DNA of 64,000 bases, taken from the NCBI GenBank assembly GCA_963701295.1, contig OY969585.1:480001-544000 (forward strand), written 5' to 3'. Shown in pieces: positions 9,627 to 20,343 of the stretch. The notes beneath the pieces are model-generated. The model was given only the letters and a program-made list of their open reading frames with translations, ran no database searches and was not told where the DNA came from. This stretch comes from Ignavibacteriota bacterium. Its GTDB lineage: Bacteria > Bacteroidota > Ignavibacteria > UBA10030. The position numbers and the translations under genes are program-made. Positions within the stretch are counted from its first letter, which is position 1. The number at the start of each line of letters is the position of its first letter.

Positions 9627-10910
9627 ATGAAGTTGAAAAAAACATGCATTTCAGTATTGCTTCTATTATTATTTCTTTTGCCGGGCGGATTGATTTGGGC
9701 ACAATCGAGAGAAGGATCTGCCTTCGATCAGTCCAAATTTGTCCCGGATATTGCGCTCATTCTCGATGTTTCCGGTGTTGCACGGGACATGGCGGATCAA
9801 AAATATTATTCTCTGACCATTCCCGGTTTCAGCTATCCATTCCTGAATCAGCCAAGTTCTTCCGGATTGAATGCGCACCGCGGAATGAATTTTAATTACG
9901 GTGAATTGTCGCTGTATTCCGTCGTCGATCCGTATTTCGACCTCTTTGCCGTTATCGACCTTGCGCCGGAAAGTGCTGGCCTGGAAGAAGCGTATTTTAC
10001 AACAAGGAAACTGCCGTATGGCTTTAAGATAAAGGCAGGAAAATTTCTCGCAAGCTTCGGCAAGGTCAACGAGCAGCATGAACATTACTGGGACTTTGCC
10101 AACCGACCGCTCATTGCAACAGCATTGTTCGGCGAGGATGGGCTGAATGAAATTGGCGCGCAAGCTACCTGGGTTGCGCCAGCCTCGTTTTTTCTTGTGT
10201 TCGGTGCAGAAGTGTTGAACGGCGATAACAAACAAAGTTTCGGTACCACGGGATTCGGCGATCCAAGTGGCAGCGTTGCCGTTGATGCTGTGCAGGGACC
10301 GAATCTTTATATCGGATTTGTCCGCTCGTCATTTGATATCGAGGAGGCTTCGATCTTGTTCGGTATTTCCAATGCAATGGGAACGACAAGAACCGATCAG
10401 GGCTTTTCTTCTATGGTAGGCACGGGAGAAGCCGTCAATGCGAGTACCGATATTGTTGACGGCGACCTGACCGTTAAATATTCTCTCGACGCCATCCGCT
10501 TTGTTTCACTCCAGGGCGAATATATGTATCGGGTGATGAACGGAACGGAATACACACGCGATTCGTTGAATGTTATTTCAACACCGAGTCTGGACAAGCA
10601 TAATTCCGGCTTTTATGCGCAGGTTGCCGCCAAGCTCGATCAGCTCTGGGAAATTGGCGTGCGGTATGACCTGCTGATGCAGAACGATGTCTCGCTCGGT
10701 GGAACGGATCAACACATGCCGTCGAATCTTCCACGGTATTCTGCGATGATCGAATATAGCCCGACCGAATTCTCACGGCTTCGCCTTCAGATCGACAGGG
10801 ACGAGAGCCGTTACGTGCAGGCATCCGGAGGATGGTCCCGGCAGCCGTATACACAAATTATTTTACAAGCGAACCTGACCATCGGCGCTCACGGCGCTCA
10901 TGCATTCTAA
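9627..10910 (+). CDS. Outer-membrane beta-barrel associated with Zn/metal uptake
   Basis: Signal peptide, VDPYFD, LEEAY, NEQHEHYWDF, PTEFSRLRLQ, C-terminal GAHGAHAF. Confidence 0.8.
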   Translation: MKLKKTCISVLLLLLFLLPGGLIWAQSREGSAFDQSKFVPDIALILDVSGVARDMADQKYYSLTIPGFSYPFLNQPSSSGLNAHRGMNFNYGELSLYSVVDPYFDLFAVIDLAPESAGLEEAYFTTRKLPYGFKIKAGKFLASFGKVNEQHEHYWDFANRPLIATALFGEDGLNEIGAQATWVAPASFFLVFGAEVLNGDNKQSFGTTGFGDPSGSVAVDAVQGPNLYIGFVRSSFDIEEASILFGISNAMGTTRTDQGFSSMVGTGEAVNASTDIVDGDLTVKYSLDAIRFVSLQGEYMYRVMNGTEYTRDSLNVISTPSLDKHNSGFYAQVAAKLDQLWEIGVRYDLLMQNDVSLGGTDQHMPSNLPRYSAMIEYSPTEFSRLRLQIDRDESRYVQASGGWSRQPYTQIILQANLTIGAHGAHAF

Positions 10911-10947
10911 TAGAAAAAAAATTTCTCATTTATTTATGGAGCATGGT

Positions 10948-11838
10948 ATGAAATTATTTAAAATTATTTCGCTGGTGCTGCTGTGCGTGCAGACAGCATT
11001 CACAGGCCAGCTGCAGGTTGTGGCAACCTACGGTTATATCGGCGACATCGTTCAGCGCATCGGCAAGGATCGTGTAGAAGTGGTAGTTCTTGCACGGGGA
11101 GATTATAATCCGCATGTGATTATTCCCAAACCATCCTACATTGCCAAATTGCGAAGAGCCGATCTTCTCGTCATCAACGGAGGACAATTGGAGATCGGAT
11201 GGTTGCCGCAAATCATAAAACAGGCAAACAACGGCGCTGTGCAGCCGGGGGAACGGGGATTTCTCGATCTCTCCATGCATGTGCATTTGACCGACGTCCC
11301 GACGAGCGTTTCCCGTGAACTCGGCGATGTGCACCCGGAAGGGAACCCGCACTTCTTTATGGATCCCGATAATATCCCGATCGTTGCAAAAGCAATCACT
11401 GAACGGTTGAGCGAACTCGATCCCGATAATCTAGATTACTATGAAGCGAACAATAAAGAATTGTACGCATTGTGGCAGCAAAATATGAAAGTGTGGGAAG
11501 AAAAATTGAAACCGTTCAAAGGAGAAAAGGTCATCGAATATCACAAGATCTTCGATTACTTCTTAAACCGGTTCGGATTTGTTATCGCGGGCACCATCGA
11601 GCCGCTTCCCGGAATTCCACCGACAACAAAACACATCGCCGATGTCGAGAAATTGATCGAGCGGGAACAGGTGAAGTTTATATTTCAGGATGTCTACAAT
11701 CCGCAGGATGCATCGTTATACTTATCGAAACGGCTCAATGTAAAACTTATTGTTCTGCCGCATGATGTCGGAGCGGTAAAAGAAGCCGACAATGTGTTCA
11801 GCGTGTTTGATGAGATCGTGAGGAGGTTGACGCAATGA
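10948..11838 (+). CDS. Zn/Mn ABC transporter substrate-binding protein (ZnuA-like)
   Basis: NPH, GDVHPEGNPHF, YH and EPLPGIPP motifs; start placed at the ATG following GGAG. Confidence 0.9.
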   Translation: MKLFKIISLVLLCVQTAFTGQLQVVATYGYIGDIVQRIGKDRVEVVVLARGDYNPHVIIPKPSYIAKLRRADLLVINGGQLEIGWLPQIIKQANNGAVQPGERGFLDLSMHVHLTDVPTSVSRELGDVHPEGNPHFFMDPDNIPIVAKAITERLSELDPDNLDYYEANNKELYALWQQNMKVWEEKLKPFKGEKVIEYHKIFDYFLNRFGFVIAGTIEPLPGIPPTTKHIADVEKLIEREQVKFIFQDVYNPQDASLYLSKRLNVKLIVLPHDVGAVKEADNVFSVFDEIVRRLTQ

Positions 11839-12596
11839 CCGACATACTTCTCTCAGCATTTCTTCTTTCGGTGGTATTGCTTGGTATACATTCTTATTTT
11901 GGTCTCGAGATTATTAAGAGAGGAATCATCTTCACCGATCTTGCCATCGGCCAGATGTCGGCATTGGGCGCCGCGCTTTCGATTCTTTTTTTTGACGGTC
12001 TCTTCATTTATCCGCTTTCACTTGTTTTTGCTTTACTTGCAGGTCTTGCCATTGCGATCGCATCCAAGCGGACTGTATCGCACGAAGCATTCATCGGACT
12101 TCTTTATGCGTTTGGAATTTCAGGCGTGTTTATCATCCTTTCCAAGTCGGCACACGGAATGGAGATGTTCGACAAGTTGATGGCATCCGATATTCTCTTT
12201 ACGCCATGGCCGGATATTATCGAGACGGCGATCATTTATGCCCTGCTCGGACTGATACTCGTCTTCGTGTATCCCCGCATGAAGGGATTCTGGAAAGACA
12301 CGCTCTTCTTCGTTTCGTTTGCGGCTACGGTCACAAGCTCCGTGCGATTGGCTGGAGTGCTCATCGTTTTCGCGCTCCTCGTCGCGCCTGCATATGTTGC
12401 ACTGAGGATCAATAAAGGAAAATTGCTTCTCACTGCCTGGATTATTGGGACGTGTGTAAATTTAGTGTCAATTCTTGTTTCCTATAATCTGGATCTGCCT
12501 ACAGGATATACGCTTGTGTTTTTTCATGCACTGCTTGCATTGAGCGTATCGATTTTATTTCCGATGACGAAAAAGAAGGAACAAGAGGTGGAGTAG
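11835..12596 (+). CDS. Metal ABC transporter permease (ZnuB-like)
   Basis: Multiple TM segments, RGIIFTDLA, EAFIG, GVLIVFALLVAPA, DLPTG. Confidence 0.85.
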   Translation: MTDILLSAFLLSVVLLGIHSYFGLEIIKRGIIFTDLAIGQMSALGAALSILFFDGLFIYPLSLVFALLAGLAIAIASKRTVSHEAFIGLLYAFGISGVFIILSKSAHGMEMFDKLMASDILFTPWPDIIETAIIYALLGLILVFVYPRMKGFWKDTLFFVSFAATVTSSVRLAGVLIVFALLVAPAYVALRINKGKLLLTAWIIGTCVNLVSILVSYNLDLPTGYTLVFFHALLALSVSILFPMTKKKEQEVE

Positions 12597-12665
12597 CTGT
12601 TTCTATTCCTATGGAACTTTTCTATAGCATTATCGTTACCATATAAGAAGTTCATCATTAAGATA

Positions 12666-13019
12666 ATGGTTCAAACAAGAAGTAAAATATTCGCACTTTT
12701 CCTTATTCTAAGCCATTTACTTGGGTTCGGACTTCACTCCGTATTTCACAATGATTTCATTGTTTTCCCCGGTTCACTGGAACACCAGGTTTTTCCGCAC
12801 GAAGATACAGATCATTGCAAGCATATTCCATTGTCGGAACATTCTGACTGCCCAATCTGTCTTTCTCATCAGAGCGTAACCGCTCCTGATCAAGACTCGT
12901 TTGATAACGGCCAACTTCAGATTGTCGGTAAGACGGGAATTGTTCCAACGGTTCCATCTCTTCAAACCCATCTCTTCGGATCGTTCTCTCGTCGCGGCCC
13001 TCCTTTTCTTCTCGGTTAA
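12666..13019 (+). CDS. DUF2946/CruR-like leader protein (His-rich, CxxC, C-terminal RGPP)
   Basis: Hydrophobic N-terminus, His-rich region, CPIC, ends SRRGPPFLLG*; directly upstream of a TonB-dependent receptor. Confidence 0.75.
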   Translation: MVQTRSKIFALFLILSHLLGFGLHSVFHNDFIVFPGSLEHQVFPHEDTDHCKHIPLSEHSDCPICLSHQSVTAPDQDSFDNGQLQIVGKTGIVPTVPSLQTHLFGSFSRRGPPFLLG

Positions 13020-13106
13020 ATATTCTTTTTACAATTTAAAAAACAGAACACTGGAAAGTTTTCTTTTCGGCGTTCTCATCTATTCTTATATCGAGGAGAA
13101 GGAAAT

Positions 13107-15539
13107 ATGCGTTTCATTTTTATTCTTACAACCTTGCTTGTGCTCTCTAAATTTTCTTTTGCACAAAATTCATCGGAGCGAATAACGCGCAATAGTAGTA
13201 GTATCTTGGAAACATCCTCCGAAGGGCCAGATAAATCAAATTTAAACCCAAGTGGAAATGAACGCGGCATTCAATGGAAAGTTACCGTCAACGACTCTAG
13301 CGGAAATGCACCTGTTGAACTCGCACGTGTCGTACTAAAACGAAATGGAAAATTTATTTCGGAAGAAGTTACTACTCCTGCCGGACAAGCGCGATTTCGC
13401 GATATTGCACCGGGCAAGTATGTTGTGCAAGCATGGTTTGTCGGTTACAGGACATTTACAGACACTGTTATAATCGACAATAATCATTCTACGTATCAGA
13501 TATTTCTTCGCTCACAAGGAAACTCTGAAAAAGACGTGGAAGTTTTCGGACAACGGGAGCTTACCGTTACAAGCATCAATCTCAATACGGGAAATCAAGT
13601 GTTCGAGTCTGAAACATTTCATCCTGCGCCAACTGCTCAGATGACGAACCTGGTACAGGAAAACATTTTGGGCGCGGCACGCGCTCCGACAGGCGAGGTG
13701 CATATTAGAGGCCAGCATGGAGAATTCACATACTATGTCGACGGCCTTCCTGTCCCGCTTGGCGTATTCGGCGGACTCAATGACGTCGTCGATCAAAAAG
13801 TTATCGATCATGCTACATTCATCACGGGAGGATTTACGGCGGAATACGGTGGGCAAAATGCCGCAATTATTGACCTGAAAAATCGAGTTCCAACCGGAGA
13901 GTTCCATTTTGATGCGTCGACATTTGTAGGAAGCTATTTAGTGTCTGGTGACGCATCCAAAGAATCAGAACGAGTTGGGCCGTTTCGTGCATTGAATTCC
14001 AACGGTCAGGCATTATCGATGAGCGATCATGTTGGTGATCTCGGTCTCTTTATTTCAGGTTCGCGACAGGAATCCGACCGCCGCATCGATCAACCAGTCG
14101 AGCAACTTTTTCATGACCACGGGCAGGATTATTTTCTCTATGGCAAAGCCGATTATGTCTTGAGCGATGTTGACTATGTAACGGCAAATTTAAATTTCGG
14201 AAAAACGAACACGCAAATCCCGTTTGATTCTTTAGAGCAAATTGCGAACGATATGCAGACCACGACAAATTCGTTTCAGACTCTTTCATATTTTCGTACT
14301 ATCAACTCAGAAGCCGACCATGAAGCAAACTTTTTTGCTGGTGTTTATGCGCGGGAAGGCGGTTTGATATACTCTCCGGGCAGCAACGATCCGGCTCTGT
14401 CTCAATTTGCAGGAGACACGACGCACAGCTATCTGATTGCAGAGAATCGGAGTTTCACAACATTTGGTATACGGTCGACATACGACAAGAGGATTTCTCA
14501 CGAGTTTATGTACAAAGCTGGCTTTAACTTCAGTGCAACGACTGGAACAGAAAATTTTACTTCACATGATTCTGCCGGCAATGCAGGCCCTTTTTTGGTA
14601 ACTGATTTTAACGGATCGGATTTTGGCATATTTCTGCAAGCAGAATGGCATCCCATGGAATGGACATCGTTCGAGTTCGGTGCTCGATATGACCAACACA
14701 TTGCTCCGGATATGCCTCTTCAAAGTCAAATAAGTCCACGCATCCGTTGGAATTTTTTGATTGATGAAGACAATACGGCATATTTATATTATGGACGCAT
14801 GTTTATGCCGAATAATATCGAGGGGTTGAAATCTATTGCGGTGAATTTCAATGGCTCGGACGTTACGCTGGTGCCAACGTTGCCCGAACGGGATGATTTT
14901 TATGAAGCAGTATTCACGCATCTATTCCCATTCGGTTTACGCAGTAAGGCCGATGTGTTCTACAAATATGCCACGCCAGGGGTAGATGATCAAACCATTG
15001 GATCGTCTGCAATCAAAACTCCCGTGAACATTGCACAAGTAAGGACAACAGGTATTGAGCTCGGACTTTCGTACAGCGATCCCGTGATTCCTTTCTCCGG
15101 TTATCTCAACACATCGATCATTCATGCTTATGGAACCGGTCTCATTAGTGGTGGTTTTCTTCCACTCGATGATGACGGGCCTGCAACAGATCTCGATCAC
15201 GACCAGAGACTATCCGTCGTTGCAGGAATTAATTATCAACCTCAGAACTGGTTTGCCAATCTTGTTGCTATTTATGGATCAGGCCTTACGAACGGGAATG
15301 CAATCTCATTTGGAACAGGGTTATTCGATTTTAATCAAGCTGCGCATACTACTCCATCTTGGATTATCAATATTGGCGGCGGATATACATTCCATTTAGA
15401 AGGAAGTGCTACACTTGAGCCTTCCATTTATATCACCAATTTACTCGACAACGAACATTTGATTAAAGGTGCGTACTTCAGTGCAGCAAGTTGGGAAGAA
15501 CCGCGAAACGTTGTATTGAAGGTCGCTGTTCATATTTAA
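13107..15539 (+). CDS. TonB-dependent receptor with N-terminal carboxypeptidase-regulatory-like domain
   Basis: Signal peptide, PGKY..FVGY domain, plug motifs HIRG..YYVDG and TGGFTAEYG, NLLD near the C-terminus. Confidence 0.9.
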   Translation: MRFIFILTTLLVLSKFSFAQNSSERITRNSSSILETSSEGPDKSNLNPSGNERGIQWKVTVNDSSGNAPVELARVVLKRNGKFISEEVTTPAGQARFRDIAPGKYVVQAWFVGYRTFTDTVIIDNNHSTYQIFLRSQGNSEKDVEVFGQRELTVTSINLNTGNQVFESETFHPAPTAQMTNLVQENILGAARAPTGEVHIRGQHGEFTYYVDGLPVPLGVFGGLNDVVDQKVIDHATFITGGFTAEYGGQNAAIIDLKNRVPTGEFHFDASTFVGSYLVSGDASKESERVGPFRALNSNGQALSMSDHVGDLGLFISGSRQESDRRIDQPVEQLFHDHGQDYFLYGKADYVLSDVDYVTANLNFGKTNTQIPFDSLEQIANDMQTTTNSFQTLSYFRTINSEADHEANFFAGVYAREGGLIYSPGSNDPALSQFAGDTTHSYLIAENRSFTTFGIRSTYDKRISHEFMYKAGFNFSATTGTENFTSHDSAGNAGPFLVTDFNGSDFGIFLQAEWHPMEWTSFEFGARYDQHIAPDMPLQSQISPRIRWNFLIDEDNTAYLYYGRMFMPNNIEGLKSIAVNFNGSDVTLVPTLPERDDFYEAVFTHLFPFGLRSKADVFYKYATPGVDDQTIGSSAIKTPVNIAQVRTTGIELGLSYSDPVIPFSGYLNTSIIHAYGTGLISGGFLPLDDDGPATDLDHDQRLSVVAGINYQPQNWFANLVAIYGSGLTNGNAISFGTGLFDFNQAAHTTPSWIINIGGGYTFHLEGSATLEPSIYITNLLDNEHLIKGAYFSAASWEEPRNVVLKVAVHI

Positions 15540-15565
15540 GAAACATTTCTTTCGATGTATTTTGG

Positions 15566-15589
15566 GGAGTGAGCACATAGGCTCACTCC
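15566..15589 (+). terminator. Hairpin after the TonB-dependent receptor gene
   Basis: GGAGTGAGC-loop-GCTCACTCC stem; U-tract is weak. Confidence 0.5.
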
Positions 15590-17273
15590 TCTTGAACTTT
15601 AATTTGATTCTCTTATATGAGAGCAGTAAAAGTACATAGGTACATAATAGCAATTGCAATATTGTTAGTGCATTGGTTTAACGGAAATGCACAAGAATTC
15701 TCCCACCAGAAGAAATCTTTCCAAACTGTTCTTTCAATTCTGAATCCAAATCAAAGTCCGGCCGCTGAAATCAAGACTTTGAAAAGTGGCACACCTCTCG
15801 TTGCACTCTCGCATCTGCACTGGAACCAACTTTCACTACAATCCAAAACATTGATTGCTCAATCGTTGCAAGCAACTGAAACTCAAAAGAGCCGCCTTAG
15901 TCCTTCCGGCAGGTTCAGAGTTCATTACGACACAACAGGGAACAATACTCCTGCATTGTTAAATGCCGACCAAACTCAGGCATTACCCAATACATACGAA
16001 GCATACGTCGATTCAGTTGGAGCGGTATTTGATTATTGCTGGACGTTTCAAATTGATTCTCTTGGGTACAATCCTCCTGCTCCACACCTTGGACCAAGCG
16101 GGAATCCGGAATATGACATCTATATTGAAAACATCGGGCCGGATACATTCGGTTACACAAACTGGGATGATTCTACGCAAGTTGCCTCGCCGCCCAATAG
16201 TGCACCACACTACTGGACATACACAGTCGTCGATAATGATTTTCTTGAATTTCGTACAAAAGGAATAGATGCCCTCCGTGCGACTGCGGCACATGAATTT
16301 CAACATGCCATTCATCTGGGCGGCTATGGCTTATGGGATCTAAGAGATGAATTCTTTTTTGAACTGAGCGCAGGTTGGATGGAAGGAGTTACGTTTCCTT
16401 TTGTTCATGATTACTTCTACGATGTTGCTGAATACTTTACAGGTTTTCGAGATGCAAACGGATCGCTCCCTTTTTTTAATAATTCTCAGTATGGATCGGA
16501 AAGGGGCATCTGGGGGCAATTTATTGCGAAGCGATTTGGCCGCGATATGATGAGAAAAATCTGGGAGTTTGAGATTAAGGAAGATGTCATGCATGCCATC
16601 AATGATGCTCTAATGACTCAAGGATCGGATATGCGAACTGAATTTTATCTATTTTCGTATTGGAATTATTTTACTGCTGATAGAGCCGATACTATTCTGT
16701 ATTATCCGGAAGGAAAAAACTATCCGCGGTTTATACCAAATTCCACAACAGCTTATACTGGAACTACAACATTGATATCTAGCCAAGCCCACACTCTTTC
16801 GACAAGTTTCTATGAATTCAATTTAAGCGCAGATACACTCACAGCAATTGTCACGAATGCGGACATCCCAATTGCACAACAATATGATGACACTATCTAT
16901 TCATTGCAGATGGAGTTGGGGGCATCTTTCAGCGGTTTGCCAACTCAAACCCTATCGAATGGGTTGAAAGTAGGATTTGGTGTCTCAGATCAAACGAAAT
17001 GGACTGAACGATACTTACTAGCGTCCACCAAAACGGATATTCCAAAATCCATCGTCTATGCTTCACCCAATCCATTTTTACTTTCCAAGGCCACTCGTCT
17101 TGCGCTGCCTGTAAACGATCCAATAAACTCTCTTGTGCACGTCTTTTGTTTCACAATTTCTATGTCTTTGGCGTTTTCAGGTGACTATTCAGTTTCCAAT
17201 TATTCCGGCGGAAGTTTTATTTTTATTCCTTCTACAGATTTACGTTCCCACCTTTCTTCGGGTATTTATTTTA

Positions 17274-18102
17274 GGTAATTAGGTAGAAACGTAACCGAAA
17301 TAGATTAGAGTAAAGAGTTTCAACAAATTGTCATCGCGATGGTTAAAACGATATTCAACTTCTTTAAGATACATAGGAAAATGATATTTTGAAACACCGC
17401 GATAATTATATAAGACATGTTTAGCAAAAGACCAAAATCCTTCAATACCATTAATATGATTCTTTGTTTTCGGAAATTTCTTTCCATGACTAATGGTATG
17501 ATGTTTTCCAAAGCGTTTCAAGGAGCGATAACTACGAAAGGTGTCCGTGAAGTAGACCGATCCTTTCTTGGTATGTTGTCGAATATGATCCATCAATTCA
17601 TTGGCCGAGACAGAATCAACAACCTTAGTATAGACCCGTCCATTGCGCTCCAGAAGCCCAAAAACGATACTTTTTCCGCCTGCACCGCGTCCTCGTTTGC
17701 CTTTGCGACGACCACCAAAATACGCTTCGTCCAATTCTATTTCTCCTTTGAGCTTGCCAGCTTCAAGTTCGCTCACATGATAAATCGCTTCTCGAATGCG
17801 CTGATAGACTCTGGTAACAGTTTTATAATTTATTCCAAGATCATTTGCCAATCGATACGCCGGTTGCTGTTGATAAAAACCAAGAATGATTTTCAACTCT
17901 CGCCGAAGAAGATGACTTCCTTTTTGTCTTTGACACTTGTTGCATTTTACGTAGCCGCGTTTCGTTCGACAGACGTTGAACGATCCACAATACACACACT
18001 TCTTTCCACTCAAAAAGTTGTCATGGTAACTGATTTTACTGGAACTTGCCATAAAATAATATACTTACAATTATTCTATGGTTACATTCTTACCTAATTA
18101 CC
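17274..18102 (-). mobile_element. IS1595-family insertion sequence (829 bp)
   Basis: 23-bp terminal IRs GGTAATTAGGTAGAAACGTAACC (20/23 match); 8-bp target duplication TTATTTTA at 17266-17273 and 18103-18110. Confidence 0.95.
17279..18052 (-). CDS. IS1595 (ISXO2-like) DDE transposase
   Basis: Zn ribbon CxxC..CxxC, ELDEAYFGG, FTD, NGIEGFWS, YLKEVEYRFN. Confidence 0.95.
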   Translation of the reverse strand: MASSSKISYHDNFLSGKKCVYCGSFNVCRTKRGYVKCNKCQRQKGSHLLRRELKIILGFYQQQPAYRLANDLGINYKTVTRVYQRIREAIYHVSELEAGKLKGEIELDEAYFGGRRKGKRGRGAGGKSIVFGLLERNGRVYTKVVDSVSANELMDHIRQHTKKGSVYFTDTFRSYRSLKRFGKHHTISHGKKFPKTKNHINGIEGFWSFAKHVLYNYRGVSKYHFPMYLKEVEYRFNHRDDNLLKLFTLIYFGYVST

Positions 18103-18175
18103 TTATTTTATTATTGCCCGTACAGACAATGCTGATTATCGATGGAAAGTTGCGGTCATTCGATAAATTTTCCAT

Positions 18176-18894
18176 TTACCCTGCGATTTGTATAACAGCA
18201 TAGAGTATTCCCATTCCAAGAAGTGTCATAATCGTTGTAAGTGTTTTAGGGTGGGCATGATGACTTTCCGGAAGAAGGTCACTCGCACCGATATAAATAA
18301 AACATCCGCAGAAAACACTAAGGACGATACCTAATGCTTCCTTTGGGATTGAATAGAAGAATGTACTGCAAACCCCTAGAACCGGAGCGAGTGCATCTAC
18401 AACAAGCCACCACAATGCTTGTCTGCGTTCTCCACCACTTCGTAGGATCATCGTTACCGTATTGATGCCATTGGAAAAATCGTGTAAGGACTGCAACCGT
18501 TACGATTGTTCCTACTGAATTGGATATTTGAAATGCGAGGCCGATACTTACACCATCCAGGAAGCTGTGTAATGAGAGACTTCCTGCTCCAAGAATGCCG
18601 CGGTGCCGGGTATTTTCGCAGCCGCTCTCCTGGTGGGAATGCAGAACTATCATCCTTTCCAGAATCATATACACAATGAATCCGATATCGATCAAGAGCG
18701 ATACCTGCGAAATACCTTGAGTTTCATTTTTTAGTACGACGGCTTCTGGAAGAAGATCGAAGAATGCGACGCCAATGATTGCTCCCACACTGAATCCTGT
18801 AATAAGGTGCAGCTTGTCTTTAAATCTGAGCACAAATAGCCCTCCAAGAAAAGTTACGATAAATGCAGCCGGCTCCGATGCCTAGCACAATCAT
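18176..18894 (-). pseudogene. ZIP-family metal transporter, two frameshifts
   Basis: AFFDLLPEA, LHSFLDG, HDFSNG and SDLLPESHH lie in different frames; shifts near 18875 and 18485; ATG at 18894 follows GAGGAG. Confidence 0.85.
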
Positions 18895-19175
18895 ATTTGA
18901 TCTCCTCTATTTCTCAGCATTGCTGTAAATAACGGCAAGCTTTTTTCTGTATCTGATCAAATGAATGCAACTGTGATAAAGTTTATCTCGATAAAACTAC
19001 CCTTTATATTTGTTTGGTCATTTTAAAGCATGATTACTTAATCGTCAATTTTATCATACTACTTTCCACACATCGGACCACCTCTTTCTCTTTCTGATTG
19101 AAGCCAATTTTCATGCCACCAAATTCTTATGTACATTGTTAAAAGCTGAAAAATTGAACACCGAGTTCTATCGGT

Positions 19176-20261
19176 ATGAAACTTCTGACTTCAAATATGA
19201 AAATGGCGGATGTTGTGCACAGCAACTATCTCCTCATGCCAGTCATCAGCCGTTTTGGAATTCCACTGGGATTCGGCGAGAAAACTGTTACGGCAGTCTG
19301 CCGGAAACACAGAATTGATGTTGATTTTTTTCTAGCCATTGCAAACGCATTCAGCAATGAGAATTATTTTCCAGAGAAGAAACTTCAGACATTCAATGTG
19401 TTGATGATCGTCGATTACTTGCAGAAGACGCATGCGTATTATATCGAAACACAGGTTCCGATTATCGAAAAACTACTCAATAATTTGCTCCGCAGCCGCC
19501 CGTCTGATGTGAAGAATTTGAAGCTCATCAAAAAATTCTTTCTAGACTACAAAGAAGAATTATTCAATCATCTGGAGCGAGAAGAAACAACAACCTTTCC
19601 CTATGTGAATAAAGTGTATCGGTTATTCCATTCACCCGATCCATCAACGAGGGAAAAGCGAGCGCTCTCGAAATATTCCATGCATGTCTATGAAGAAGAG
19701 CATACCGATGTGGATGAAAAACTTTACGATCTTAAAAATATCCTCATCAAGTACGTTCCCGGTGATTCGATGAATGAGGTGTATCAAGAAATGATTTTTG
19801 AATTGTTCCGCCTGGAAAAGGATATCCAGGACCACACACGCATCGAAAATAATATTTTGCTCCCTCTTGTGGAGGAAATGGAAGACGCATTGTTTTATCC
19901 GGCGGAGCATTCCAGACGCACTGCAGGCAAGGATGCTCTTGCACAGGCGGAAATAAAATCTTCCCCGCGAACAGAAACTCATCGGACTGAGCCTGCAAAA
20001 GGAATCTATCAAGTACCTCAAGGCATACCGAAACCAGGTAAACAGAAATTAGAAGGGCTCACATCACGCGAGCTGGAAGTGCTTCAACTGGTTGCTTGCG
20101 GCTTCCTCAACAAACAAATCGCAGACAAACTTTCTATTAGTCTCCACACAGTTATTTCCCATAGAAAAAATATCACGCGCAAGCTGCAAATAAAAACTGT
20201 CGCCGGATTGACGATCTATGCATTACTCAATGGGTTGATCTCGTCGAAGAACATCAGCTGA
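19176..20261 (+). CDS. ScdA/Ric-like hemerythrin domain fused to a LuxR-type HTH regulator
   Basis: FGI.LGFGEKTV..VC, THAYY, HLEREE..FPY, EH, HTRIENNIL; C-terminal LTSRELEVLQLVACG...HRKNITRKL. Confidence 0.88.
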   Translation: MKLLTSNMKMADVVHSNYLLMPVISRFGIPLGFGEKTVTAVCRKHRIDVDFFLAIANAFSNENYFPEKKLQTFNVLMIVDYLQKTHAYYIETQVPIIEKLLNNLLRSRPSDVKNLKLIKKFFLDYKEELFNHLEREETTTFPYVNKVYRLFHSPDPSTREKRALSKYSMHVYEEEHTDVDEKLYDLKNILIKYVPGDSMNEVYQEMIFELFRLEKDIQDHTRIENNILLPLVEEMEDALFYPAEHSRRTAGKDALAQAEIKSSPRTETHRTEPAKGIYQVPQGIPKPGKQKLEGLTSRELEVLQLVACGFLNKQIADKLSISLHTVISHRKNITRKLQIKTVAGLTIYALLNGLISSKNIS

Positions 20262-20322
20262 ACCTGCATTCACATCCTTCGTCTTCTCATCTCTTTCATA
20301 AGCAGAAATGGTGCAGTGCCTC

Positions 20323-20343
20323 TATCCCAACAAATGGGGATTG
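20323..20343. promoter_or_regulatory. Putative operator upstream of feoA
   Basis: Imperfect dyad ATCCCAACAAATGGGGAT between the regulator and feoA. Confidence 0.35.

Larger units (their letters stand above)
15617..18166 (+). pseudogene. Secreted zinc metalloprotease (MXAN_6640-like) with T9SS C-terminal domain, interrupted by IS1595
   Basis: AAHEFQHAIH zincin motif; SPNPF...SSGIYF C-terminal domain; the frame resumes after the IS as IIARTDNADYRWKVAVIR* ending at 18166. Confidence 0.85.

Noticed and set aside
17417-18097. 226-aa plus-strand ORF
   Set aside because: Antisense shadow of the IS1595 transposase
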